Assembly (NCBI GenBank): GCA_007376805.1
Contig: VMGX01000001.1
Location: 70,461-134,460, forward strand
From: Parcubacteria group bacterium Athens0714_16
Lineage (GTDB): Bacteria; Patescibacteriota; Minisyncoccia; Phycocordibacterales; 21-14-all-36-13
Length of the DNA: 64,000 bases
Direction of reading: 5' to 3'
Shown here: positions 9,315-18,121 of the stretch, piece after piece
Position numbering within the stretch: position 1 is the stretch's first letter
Layout: each line of letters begins with the position of its first letter
Notes under the pieces: generated by a model
Told to the model about the DNA's origin: nothing
The model's database searches: none
The model's input: the letters and a program-made list of their open reading frames with translations, nothing else
Made by a program: the position numbers and the translations under genes

Positions 9315-9340
9315 GAGTTCAAAAATTAAGTAAAAACAAT

Positions 9341-10519
9341 TTATTTTTGCCCAATTATTTGGCTCATTTGTTGTATCGCTTCAGAAAGTTCTTCTTGAGT
9401 ATAAAAATTTTTATTATTTTTAATAGCTTCGTCTATCTCACTTTTTCTTGTAATTCCACACCTAAGAGTATTTGGATTACCTCCCGAGTGGTGTATCTGA
9501 TGTCGAATATATGTCAGATCAGGAATATCTGTACGTTCTACGCCTTTTTCATTTACATAGATTCTACTTTTTATATTTCCAATTTTCACATCTTTTATAT
9601 GTTTTTTCTGTTTCTTTTCTAAACAACTGTATAAAAAAATAAAAAGTAACTCATCTTCAATTCCGTTTATCAGGCCTTCTTTTAATACTTCAGTCATCCC
9701 ATTATTTTTCTGAAAAGAAAAAATTTTTTTGTTTAATTGTTCATCTAAGGCGGGAAAAACAAAATATGGGTCATGGGTAGTAATAATAACTTGGTGGTTT
9801 GGAAAACTTGCTATTTTTTCCAAGGTCGAATTCAGAGTTCTTTTTAGTTTGGGATGTAAATAAATTTCTGGTTCTTCAAATAAAATAAGAATTTGTTCAC
9901 CAATCAATGAATTATTTTCTAATAAAACATCCATATACGCCTTTAGAACAGAAAGAATTATCAATCTTTGTGTTCCCTGCCCAATTTCATTCAAGTTTCT
10001 CTCTTGTCCTTCTTCATTAACGACAATTTTGTCTATAAAAGATTGTATGATTATTTTTGAGTCCAATTCATTATTAGTAGGGTTTATATTGATTTTGTGT
10101 GTATTACACCCAGTAAAACTTTCAAGATTGATATTTGTTTTGTCTTCTGTATTTTTTAATATTTTTTTAATATTTTTTGAAATGTTTTCATCCAATTTAA
10201 TTTTTAAATTAATGTTTGAAAATAGTTTTGATAAGCTTTCTACCAACCATGTCGTTTTGGCCGTATGCTTCAAGACATCTTCGGATGGTTTTATATTTTC
10301 AGCTTTTATATAAATAATTTGTTCGTCTTTTAGTTTTATTTCTTCATCAAGATCATTAACAAACTTTGTGTTTTTACCAATAATTTCGTTTATAAAATTT
10401 GTTTTTCCAGAATTATTTTCTCCAGTGATTACAGTAATTTGTCCTAGTTCTAAAATAAAATTTTCAGGAATAGTTTTATTTTGTTTTGTAATTTCTATTT
10501 TTTTTATCATGTTATTCAA
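9341..10519 (-). CDS. AAA_21/ABC-type ATPase (defence-associated ATPase family) with uncharacterised ~130-aa C-terminal domain
   Basis: Walker A GENNSGKT, Q-loop/signature-like GQGTQR, Walker B ILILFEEPE, H-loop ITTHDP. Last gene of the MTase-MTase-HNH-ATPase operon. Confidence 0.75.
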   Translation of the reverse strand: MNNMIKKIEITKQNKTIPENFILELGQITVITGENNSGKTNFINEIIGKNTKFVNDLDEEIKLKDEQIIYIKAENIKPSEDVLKHTAKTTWLVESLSKLFSNINLKIKLDENISKNIKKILKNTEDKTNINLESFTGCNTHKININPTNNELDSKIIIQSFIDKIVVNEEGQERNLNEIGQGTQRLIILSVLKAYMDVLLENNSLIGEQILILFEEPEIYLHPKLKRTLNSTLEKIASFPNHQVIITTHDPYFVFPALDEQLNKKIFSFQKNNGMTEVLKEGLINGIEDELLFIFLYSCLEKKQKKHIKDVKIGNIKSRIYVNEKGVERTDIPDLTYIRHQIHHSGGNPNTLRCGITRKSEIDEAIKNNKNFYTQEELSEAIQQMSQIIGQK

Positions 10520-10619
10520 AATGGTTTATAATATTTCTATAATACACCACAACAAACTTGACACAAGTGCAAAAACCCTTTAAAAAGTTGAAAGATTGTG
10601 AATACCTGTGGATAACTAT

Positions 10620-11867
10620 TTATTCTAATTTGATTTTATACCACTTAAATAATTTTTCTAAGTCAAAAATAATACCAACCTTTTCAAGATGTTTTTTTCG
10701 ATTCTCAAATAAATTTTTAATAAAATCCTTTCTTTCTGTATCAACCGCGAGATGAATTTTTCTATGACAATTTGGACAAAGACAAATAATATTTTCTGTA
10801 ATATCTATACTAACATCAAATCTTTTTCTTTCAGAAAATGGTATCAAATGGTGCGCTTCAACATAATTTTTATTATTTGATTTTGAATTAAATGTCATGT
10901 GAGCATTATTATATTCGCATAAATAATTACTATTCTTTTTTGAAAATTCTTTCATGTTTTGACTAGAAAACAATATTTCATCGTCTGTATCTAAATCAAA
11001 ATTTTCTTTTTTCCATTCTTCAATAATCTTTCTTTTTTCTTCAAAAGAAAACCCTTCTTTTTGTAATTTTATTGATAAATTGCTTATTTTTAAGTTTCTG
11101 TTACTTATATTTTTTTCTGATATTTCAATATTTTTGTATTGTTCATCTACGAAGAAAAAATTTGATCTTAGTTTCCCTTTATTATTTTCAATTTCAGATT
11201 TATAATAATCTATTTTAAATGGCGTAAATAAACCAAATTTACTAATATAATAAAAAAGTGGCAATCTAAATTGGTCATTTTTCCTAAAAGATTTTTTTTG
11301 GACTAATCTTGGATTGTAGTTAAACACAGCTCCTATAATATCATTGTATTTGGTTAATTTTCTTTTTATCAACATAGGAGTTTTTTCTATTATATCCATA
11401 GAAATAAATCTATGATTAAAATCAAGTGAACCCCGAGCATCAATGGCTCCTGTAAAAAACATTGTTTTATATGTATCGTCTATATCTATAAGCCATTTTT
11501 CTATAATCCCGTATATATAAACTGACAGATCAACTGTGTTTGGTATTAACAAATCATTTTCTATCACAATAGATACTCCGTTTTTTATTCTTTGACTTTT
11601 ATCTTGTAAACTTGACCTGCTTATATCTTTATTTAATATGACCTCATAGTCATCACCCAAAAAATTTTCTAATTTTTTCTTATGAAGATAATAATATTCA
11701 TTGATGTTTTTCTCTAGTTTATTTTTACTTCTTTTTCCTTTTATGTATGCACTGTATGCTAAAATTTTATTATCATTCAATATAATAAAATGAGCATATA
11801 TCATTCCAAGAACAAAAGATGTTTGTATATTAGTATTTTCTATTTTTAATAACTCACTGAATTTCAT
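10620..11867 (-). CDS. HNH nuclease-domain protein (415 aa, HNH at C-terminus; candidate restriction endonuclease or Septu PtuB-like effector)
   Basis: C-terminal AHHLIPFSERKRF...IICLCPNCHRKIH HNH motif. Large N-terminal domain without recognisable motifs. 15-bp gap to the upstream MTase. Confidence 0.7.
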   Translation of the reverse strand: MKFSELLKIENTNIQTSFVLGMIYAHFIILNDNKILAYSAYIKGKRSKNKLEKNINEYYYLHKKKLENFLGDDYEVILNKDISRSSLQDKSQRIKNGVSIVIENDLLIPNTVDLSVYIYGIIEKWLIDIDDTYKTMFFTGAIDARGSLDFNHRFISMDIIEKTPMLIKRKLTKYNDIIGAVFNYNPRLVQKKSFRKNDQFRLPLFYYISKFGLFTPFKIDYYKSEIENNKGKLRSNFFFVDEQYKNIEISEKNISNRNLKISNLSIKLQKEGFSFEEKRKIIEEWKKENFDLDTDDEILFSSQNMKEFSKKNSNYLCEYNNAHMTFNSKSNNKNYVEAHHLIPFSERKRFDVSIDITENIICLCPNCHRKIHLAVDTERKDFIKNLFENRKKHLEKVGIIFDLEKLFKWYKIKLE

Positions 11868-11882
11868 ATAATTTTTTAACTT

Positions 11883-12563
11883 TTAAAATAACTTTTCTTG
11901 AATGTCATAATCTTTGATTCTTTTTTCCGTCATCTGACAATATTTTTTATTTATATCACCAACTATAAAATTACGAGCCTTTTTCTTACTTGCTACAGCT
12001 GTTGTACCAGAACCAACACAAGGATCTAATACAATATCACCTTTATTTGAACTCACATCTATTAAATATTCAAAAAGTTTCAATGGTTTTTGAGTTAAAT
12101 GTATTTTACTGCTACCATTCGGCATTTTTATAACTGTATTTTTATATTTTTCATTAAATGTTGCTCCTCTTTTTTTAAAATATATAAAAGATTCTACACC
12201 ACTAAGCCAAACGTGTTTTGAATTCATAGGACTGGGATTGGTTTTTTCCCAAATCATGAGACGAACAGAATAATTTTTGGAATTAAAATAATCAAAAATT
12301 TCTGATATCTGTTCTTTACCACAAAAAATATAACCACTACCTCTTGTAACTCTGTCTATCTCTACCAAAAAATCTCTTAATTCAAAGGTTTTTTTATTTG
12401 CTTCTCCTTTATCTAAATTTCTTAATCCGTTTGATTTTTTATTAACTTTTTCATAAGGTATATCAGTTAATACCAGATCAATAAAATTATTATCAATCAT
12501 TCTTAATAACAAAATTGCATCTTTTTGGTAAATCTTATTTAACTGAATGGTTTCTTTTTTCAT
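11883..12563 (-). CDS. Beta-class DNA methyltransferase (N4-cytosine or N6-adenine)
   Basis: Motif IV DIPY (DPPY-like) precedes motif I DPCVGSGTT. Overlaps the upstream Dcm gene by 29 nt. Confidence 0.8.
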   Translation of the reverse strand: MKKETIQLNKIYQKDAILLLRMIDNNFIDLVLTDIPYEKVNKKSNGLRNLDKGEANKKTFELRDFLVEIDRVTRGSGYIFCGKEQISEIFDYFNSKNYSVRLMIWEKTNPSPMNSKHVWLSGVESFIYFKKRGATFNEKYKNTVIKMPNGSSKIHLTQKPLKLFEYLIDVSSNKGDIVLDPCVGSGTTAVASKKKARNFIVGDINKKYCQMTEKRIKDYDIQEKLF

Positions 12564-13593
12564 ATCTTAATATATGTTTTGCAATTGCTTCCCCAAGTAA
12601 CGGTGGCACAGCATTCCCTATTTGTTTTATAATTGAAGACTTATTCCCAAAAAATATAAAATCATCTGGAAATGATTGAATTCTTGCCGCCTCTCTGGGA
12701 GTTATTGCTCTATGTAAAAATGGGTGTGAATTTTTTCCATTAGAAGGGGTATCAAATCTTGTTACAATAGTTGGACTGGGTTTATTTTTTTCTAATCTAC
12801 CCCATGTTTGTCCAAAAGTTGATGATATTTTTTCACTTAGAAACTCCTTTCCTTTCTCTGGTGGAATTCTTTTTAATCTATCGATGGCAATTTCAGAGTG
12901 TTTTGTGGCAACATGATTAAATAACTTTTTTGAATTTTTCCTCATTTTCTTTTGATACTTGCTTCTAGATTCTATTTTATATTCTGACTCAAAATTACCA
13001 TCGCCAGAATTTAAATACGACAAATCTGAGATTGCTTCCCAAACAGTAATTTTTCTATTAGTATTTTTTTCTGGCAACAAAAGTTTATCTTTTAATGATC
13101 CTATAAATATTGCTCTTTTTCTGTTTTGTGGAACCCCAAAATCAGAAGCGTCCAAAATACCAAAAGATATTTTATATCCAACCTTTGTTAATTCATTTAA
13201 AATTTGTTTTTTAAAATATCCACCTTGTTCTGTTAAAATAGTAGGCACATTTTCCATAACAAAATAAGTTGGTTTAAAAAATTTAATATATTTTATATAT
13301 TCTTTGAATAAAAAATTTCTTTCATCGTTTAATCCAGCTCTTTTTCCTTTTAATGAAAAGCCCTGACACGGTGGTCCACCAATAATTACATCTACATTTT
13401 TTATTTTCGATTTGATTTTTTGAGGTTTTATATTTCTTATATCTCCAACAAATATTTCCGTATTTTTATGATTTCTTTTCATTGATTCAGCAATCATTTT
13501 GTCATATTCCAATGCACCGACAATACAAAAACCCGCCATTTCAAAACCACGGCTTAATCCACCAACACCAGAAAATAAATCCAAAACTTTCAT
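12535..13593 (-). CDS. DNA (cytosine-5)-methyltransferase
   Basis: Motif I LFSGVGG, motif IV GGPPCQGFS, ENV motif. Confidence 0.9.
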   Translation of the reverse strand: MKVLDLFSGVGGLSRGFEMAGFCIVGALEYDKMIAESMKRNHKNTEIFVGDIRNIKPQKIKSKIKNVDVIIGGPPCQGFSLKGKRAGLNDERNFLFKEYIKYIKFFKPTYFVMENVPTILTEQGGYFKKQILNELTKVGYKISFGILDASDFGVPQNRKRAIFIGSLKDKLLLPEKNTNRKITVWEAISDLSYLNSGDGNFESEYKIESRSKYQKKMRKNSKKLFNHVATKHSEIAIDRLKRIPPEKGKEFLSEKISSTFGQTWGRLEKNKPSPTIVTRFDTPSNGKNSHPFLHRAITPREAARIQSFPDDFIFFGNKSSIIKQIGNAVPPLLGEAIAKHILRYEKRNHSVK

Positions 13594-13809
13594 TTTTTAA
13601 TAATTGTATCAGAAAAAATTTATTACTACTTCATTTTACCATTTTAAAATAATTATAAAAACAAAAACAATCGTCTTACTGCGATTGTCTTTATAACCTC
13701 TAGATTAGCTCTGCGCTTAGACCGTACTCACTAAATCATAAAATTATCCAGCAATATACAAACGGTTTGGCTCTCAGGTGGTCTCTAGAATTTTTAAGTT
13801 AAATATGTC

Positions 13810-13978
13810 TTACACTAAAATAGCATATGGAGCATTTATCCTAGTCCACATTACAGATTTTTTAGCATTTTCTAAAGAAGAATAACCTTCGCTCCAACAA
13901 ACAATTTCTCCATTAACAGCCTTTAGATGCCAGTGGTATAGTTTATCTTTACCAATATAAATTTCAAATTTAATCATG
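13810..13978 (-). pseudogene. Frameshifted DUF1508 (YegP-like) small protein
   Basis: MIKFEIYIGKDKLYHWHLKGC* then, in +1 frame, AVNGEIVCWSEGYSSLENAKKSVMWTRINAPYAILV*. An extra G in the GGG run at ~13919-13922 splits a 55-aa DUF1508-like domain. Confidence 0.45.
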
Positions 13979-14023
13979 TTAAATTTTAATTTAATTCTTA
14001 TAATTTTACGGCCCGCTCACAAA

Positions 14024-14057
14024 AACAAAAAACGAGACCATTCGGCCTCGTTTTTTG
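14024..14057. terminator. Hairpin aacgagaccattcggcctcgtt with flanking A/T runs
   Basis: Stem-loop plus TTTTTT read in the sequence. Confidence 0.5.
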
Positions 14058-14252
14058 TAAGATAATTTTTAAAAAAATTCAAAACATGGTCGAAGGTAGC
14101 TAATTTTTTGGTTCAAATCAATTTTTTTGTTGTTGAACCTTCGATAACTAAGTCTCTTTTTTAATTTTTAATGAATCGTATAGGGCATTATACCATACTC
14201 AAGCAAAAAATGCAAGTAAATTTATTCACAAAAATAGAAAAGTATTTACGCT

Positions 14253-14672
14253 CTACCCCCTTGAAATTGAGTTAATGATTTTATAAACACAAAACAAAGA
14301 AAGCAGTATTGGAATTAAAACAGATATTCCAAAGGCAACCGCAAAAAGAATATGTTGGAAACTTCCTATAACTACCACTCCGTTTGGTTGGAGTGTAATA
14401 GTAAATATCAAAAAAATATAGGGGATAAACGAACCTAAAATTATACGATTTATATAAATAAGATTTTTTTCTGATAAATTATTTTTAGAGAGTTCAAAGA
14501 AAAAATAAGAAGTTACATATAATGCTATTGGAAGAAAAAATTCAACAAATGTTTCAAATTGTCTCCCCGGAGAATAGGACATAATAGTTGGAAACAAAAG
14601 AACAACAACAAGAAGCGTTTTGAATCTATTTTGGATGTCATTTAATATTTCTTTTTGTTTTTCATTTAACAT
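14253..14672 (-). CDS. Hypothetical membrane protein (4 TM)
   Basis: Hydrophobic 139-aa ORF preceded by the conserved promoter-like module (TGGTAGAAT). Confidence 0.4.
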   Translation of the reverse strand: MLNEKQKEILNDIQNRFKTLLVVVLLFPTIMSYSPGRQFETFVEFFLPIALYVTSYFFFELSKNNLSEKNLIYINRIILGSFIPYIFLIFTITLQPNGVVVIGSFQHILFAVAFGISVLIPILLSLFCVYKIINSISRG

Positions 14673-14826
14673 ATTATTCAGTGCACCAATATCTATATTC
14701 TACCACTTTGAAAAAAATTGAATAACATCATCTCCACGTCCCACAAAACCTTTAAAAACTCCCAAAATCTCTATACAACCATTTAATTAAATGATTGAAT
14801 ACAAAAAAACTATTCAATTATTTAAT

Positions 14827-14868
14827 CCTGCCCCGTAGCCCAGCCCCGGGCTGGTGGTACTGGGGTGG
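14827..14868. repeat. GC-rich hairpin element (CCCCGTAGCC-CAGCCCCGGGCTGG-TGGTACTGGGG) inserted in the centre of the 26-nt palindromic repeat
   Basis: Member of a 4-copy family (16237-16272, 18911-18943, 61329-61359) with conserved outer arms CCCGTAGC / GYTACTGGG and covarying inner stems. Confidence 0.55.
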
Positions 14869-15216
14869 ATTAGAGAAAGTATCCGTATCCTCTAAAAACC
14901 CCATGCAACCATTCAATTGAATTAGAGAAAGTATTTCTCAACATTATTTTTGTCTGTTTTTGTATACAACCATTCAATTGAATTAGAGAAAGCATCCGTA
15001 TTCCCCCAAAACTTCTATACAACCATTCAATTGAATTAGAGAAAGCATTTCTCAACATTATTTTTGTCTGTTTTTGTATACAACCATTCAATTGAATTAG
15101 AGAAAGTACCCGTATCCTCTAAAAACCTCCATACAACCATTCAATTGAATTAGAGAAAGCATTTCTCAACATTATTTTTGTCTGTTTTTGTATACAACCA
15201 TTCAATTGAATCTTTA
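14868..15216. repeat. Higher-order tandem repeat: 26-nt unit CAACCATTCAATTGAATTAGAGAAAG alternating with two spacer types (A ~27 nt, B 35 nt), ~3 copies of a ~115-bp super-unit
   Basis: Direct reading. Spacer B (catttctcaacattatttttgtctgtttttgtata) is identical three times. Spacer A variants are near-identical. Overlaps the 3' end of the Fic ORF. Confidence 0.8.
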
Positions 15217-16136
15217 TCTCTTGAATTACTATCTGCAACAAACAAGGTCAAAGCTGTAAGAGTTGGCGGTGTTAATTTAGATAAATTTAAAATACCGGCT
15301 TTTTTCAAAAACCATATAAAAGCATACGCTCCCGTTCTTTTGTTTCCATCAACAAGCGGATGATTTTTTACTATAAAATATAAAATGTGTGCAGCTTTTT
15401 CTTCTACTGTAGGGTATAAATCTTTTTTATCAAACGATTGAAAAATTGAACCAACAATTCCTTCTATACTTCCATCAACACGTTCTTGTCCAAACAAATC
15501 ACCCGCTAAATTCTTTTTAGTAAGTTCTTTTTTAAAATCAGAAAAAGCATTAAACAATTCTTGAGCTACAAAAACTATTCGTTTTTTAGTCGCACCTTTT
15601 TGTGGTAAATAAGATTTGTCGTAGGCGTCAAGCGACAACCATGTGTTTGCAAAAGCAGAAATCAATTCAATCATACTGGCATGATCAACGCTTGAACTCG
15701 CGGGAAGTGAGTGCTTAATATTTTCAACCGCTTTTTGAAATTGCGTATAGTTTTTTGCAATTTGTTTTTTGTTTATTACATAGCCATCAACAATATATTG
15801 ACGAAGTGTTTTGGTTGCCCATTTACGAAATTCAATCGCTACTCTCGAATTTGTTCTATAACCAATTCCTAAAATAACATCGAGTGAATAAAGTGTGATT
15901 GGTTTATCAGAATTTGCATTATGCATTTTTTGCATATTGCTTTTTTCTTCAATTTCACCATCTCTAAATATATTCTTTATGTGACGAGATACCACAGATT
16001 GATCAACACCAAAAAGATCCACAATTTGCGCTTGCGTTGCCCAAATAGTTTCGTGTGTAAAATCACCTTTTAATTCTATGGAACCACTTTTGGTTTGATA
16101 TACAACAATATCTTTAGTTTTTTTAACTTTTTTCAT
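15150..16136 (-). CDS. Fic/Doc family protein with RhuM-like N-terminal domain
   Basis: Fic motif HPLVDGNKRTGAYAF. N-terminal region matches the RhuM-type pattern (TKSGSIELKGDFTHETIWATQAQIVDLFGVDQSVVSRHIKNIF). C-terminal ~25 codons run into the tandem repeat. Confidence 0.75.
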   Translation of the reverse strand: MKKVKKTKDIVVYQTKSGSIELKGDFTHETIWATQAQIVDLFGVDQSVVSRHIKNIFRDGEIEEKSNMQKMHNANSDKPITLYSLDVILGIGYRTNSRVAIEFRKWATKTLRQYIVDGYVINKKQIAKNYTQFQKAVENIKHSLPASSSVDHASMIELISAFANTWLSLDAYDKSYLPQKGATKKRIVFVAQELFNAFSDFKKELTKKNLAGDLFGQERVDGSIEGIVGSIFQSFDKKDLYPTVEEKAAHILYFIVKNHPLVDGNKRTGAYAFIWFLKKAGILNLSKLTPPTLTALTLFVADSNSRDKDSIEWLYTKTDKNNVEKCFL

Positions 16137-16149
16137 TTTTTTATATAAA

Positions 16150-16400
16150 AGTATTTATATTCTACCACTTTGAAAATTTTTTAAAAAATTTGAATAACCC
16201 TCCAAATTTTCTAAAAACCTCCATACAACCATTCAATCCTGCCCTGTAGCCAACTTGTTGTGGTACTGGGGTGAATTAGAGAAAGTATCCGTATCCTCTA
16301 AAAACCTCCATGCAACCATTCAATTGAATTAGAGAATACATCCGTTAAGTTTTTGTATATAACCATTCAATTGAATTAGAGAATAGAGAGAACGGAAAGG
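16150..16400. repeat. Promoter-like conserved module plus copies of the 26-nt palindromic repeat and a GC hairpin element (16237-16272)
   Basis: tattctaccactttgaaaattttttaaaaaatttgaataaccctccaaatt is shared with 14690-14740 and 17900-17950. caaccattcaattgaattagagaa occurs twice. Confidence 0.6.
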
Positions 16401-16444
16401 AAACAAAAAATAAATCGATGCAATAACAAACTACAACCCAAAAA

Positions 16445-16723
16445 TTATAAACCTGAGATTATGTTTGAAATAAAATTTGGCAACGATTTTGATATTGAAT
16501 AATAAACGAGTAAGCTTCTCTGATCAGGTGAGAGTATTTCAACGGCTTCCAAAAGTTTTATATGTTTTGAGGTGGCTTGAATAGAAATCTTTAATTCCTC
16601 GGCTATGTCACCCACCGATGCTTCGCCTTCTTTTTTAATAAATGAAATAATTGCTAGCCGACGATAATTCGCCAACGCCTTGATTGATCTCTCTAATTTT
16701 TTAAATTGTTTTGCTTCAATCAT
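16445..16723 (-). CDS. ArsR/SmtB-family winged-HTH transcriptional regulator
   Basis: LANYRRLAIISFIKKEGEASVGDIAEELKISIQATSKHIKLLEAVEIL matches the ArsR HTH pattern. Confidence 0.55.
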   Translation of the reverse strand: MIEAKQFKKLERSIKALANYRRLAIISFIKKEGEASVGDIAEELKISIQATSKHIKLLEAVEILSPDQRSLLVYYSISKSLPNFISNIISGL

Positions 16724-16825
16724 TTTTTATATTTTTAACTTTTAATATTCCAAAAATATTTTTTGTTTTTGTAATTAATTCTAAAATATTTTTACTGAAT
16801 ATATTATATCTCTCAAAAATCCACC

Positions 16826-16910
16826 ATACAACCATTCAATTGAATTAGAGAATACATCCGTTAAGTTTTTGTATACAACCATTCAATTGAATTAGAGAAA
16901 GCATTTATAA
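16826..16910. repeat. Two further copies of the 26-nt palindromic repeat CAACCATTCAATTGAATTAGAGAA upstream of the ArsR-like gene
   Basis: Direct reading. Spacer catccgttaagtttttgtata is shared with 16340-16362. Confidence 0.6.
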
Positions 16911-17043
16911 AAACGCCTGCTCGCCTTTGGAGAGAACGGGTAATTAAATTAGAAAATAGAAAGAAAATAAATCTATCCCCCTATTCGCTACAATTAGGGG
17001 ATAGATAATGCAAAAAATAAACGGGTCTATTTTTAAAAATTTT

Positions 17044-17886
17044 CTATAAAAAATACATATCTTGTCCATAACCACCAACACCAATATATTCTGCCTCGCC
17101 TTTCAAAATAGATTCGTATGGCTTACAAGCAAAACATCCTTTTTCTCCGCGAGGACAATTGAAAATTTCTTTTTCTCTGGCCTCTTTAACTTTTAAAGCA
17201 ATCGCAAGCACTTTTTCTTTGGCTTCATCAATATTTGGCAATTTCATTTCTATTGGTTCGTCATCTTTATCAAGATACCAATATGATGCTCCTGAAATTT
17301 TTCTTTTTTGTAATGCATTTAAAAGCAAGAGGTAGATTGGAAGCTGAAGTGAATCTTCGGCTTCGTCATTTTTACCAGTTTTAAAATCAATGATACGAAC
17401 ACTGTCATTTTTTTCAACATATTCCAACCAATCAATAAGCCCACAAAGTATTATATTTTCATCTTCGGAAAGATAAAAATTTGGTGGCATATTATTATGT
17501 CCATCTTTTATTTTTACAGTTTTTCTTGCAATAGGTCCCGGATTTTTTATAACCCGTTCTATCATTTCAACTCCTCTTTTTTTAAATTCATTTTCTTCGT
17601 CATCATTTTTAAATCCGCCTTTTTTACCAGATACTTGCGACCAAGCATTTTCAAAATCGGCTAAAAAATCTCGCTTCATTCTTTCTTCAACTGGAATATT
17701 TTTTGATGATTCAAGTGTGGTATGCACTGCCTGACCAAGAGAAAGATACGGATTAACTATATTTATTTTTCTCCCAGTTTTTGGGTCTTTATAAATATTG
17801 TGCAAATAATAAGCCCGTGGACATTTCAAAAAATCCCCCATTGAAGAATGCGATACCCATATTGACTTGTATTTATCTGGCGTCAT
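17044..17886 (-). CDS. PD-(D/E)XK nuclease, Cas4/RecB-C-terminal-like with 4-Cys cluster
   Basis: N-terminal Cys (LKCPRAY), IDFKTGK (D/E-x-K), C-terminal CPRGEKGCFAC (Cx6Cx2C) typical of Cas4-type Fe-S nucleases. Confidence 0.6.
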   Translation of the reverse strand: MTPDKYKSIWVSHSSMGDFLKCPRAYYLHNIYKDPKTGRKINIVNPYLSLGQAVHTTLESSKNIPVEERMKRDFLADFENAWSQVSGKKGGFKNDDEENEFKKRGVEMIERVIKNPGPIARKTVKIKDGHNNMPPNFYLSEDENIILCGLIDWLEYVEKNDSVRIIDFKTGKNDEAEDSLQLPIYLLLLNALQKRKISGASYWYLDKDDEPIEMKLPNIDEAKEKVLAIALKVKEAREKEIFNCPRGEKGCFACKPYESILKGEAEYIGVGGYGQDMYFL

Positions 17887-17899
17887 TGTTTTAAATAAT

Positions 17900-18080
17900 T
17901 ATTTATATTTTACCACTTTAAAAATTTTTTAAAAAATTTGAATAACCCTCCAAATTCCACAAAATTCTTTAATTCTTTAATTTCTCTATTCAACCATTTA
18001 ATTAAATGATTGAATACAAAAAAACTATTCAATTATTTCCTACAAAAACGGACGAGTAATTAAATTAGAAAATAGTTTCT
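17900..18080. repeat. Promoter-like conserved module plus stem-loop module (ttaaatgattgaatac aaaaaaa ctattcaattattt)
   Basis: Near-identical to 14690-14826. Contains TGGTAAAAT/TGGTAGAAT extended -10-like sequence on the minus strand ~22 nt upstream of the ATG. Confidence 0.6.
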
Positions 18081-18099
18081 GGTATTAAATATAATAAAA

Positions 18100-18121
18100 A
18101 CCCGCTTCTCTCGGAAGCGGG
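18100..18121. terminator. Hairpin cccgcttctctcggaagcggg with A-run on plus and T-run on minus
   Basis: Would terminate a minus-strand transcript covering 18122-18470. Confidence 0.5.

Noticed and set aside
14870-15091. 73-aa ORF (MNGCIQKQTKIMLRN...)
   Set aside because: Encoded entirely by the tandem repeat (the peptide itself is internally repeated). Artefact of the repeat array.
14868-15216. Possible CRISPR array (26-nt repeats with 27-35-nt intervening sequences)
   Set aside because: Intervening sequences are not unique: only two alternating types, one of them identical three times. No cas genes adjacent. The repeat also occurs singly at other sites. The Cas2-like ORF at 28782-29147 is 13 kb away and lacks cas1 or an array.
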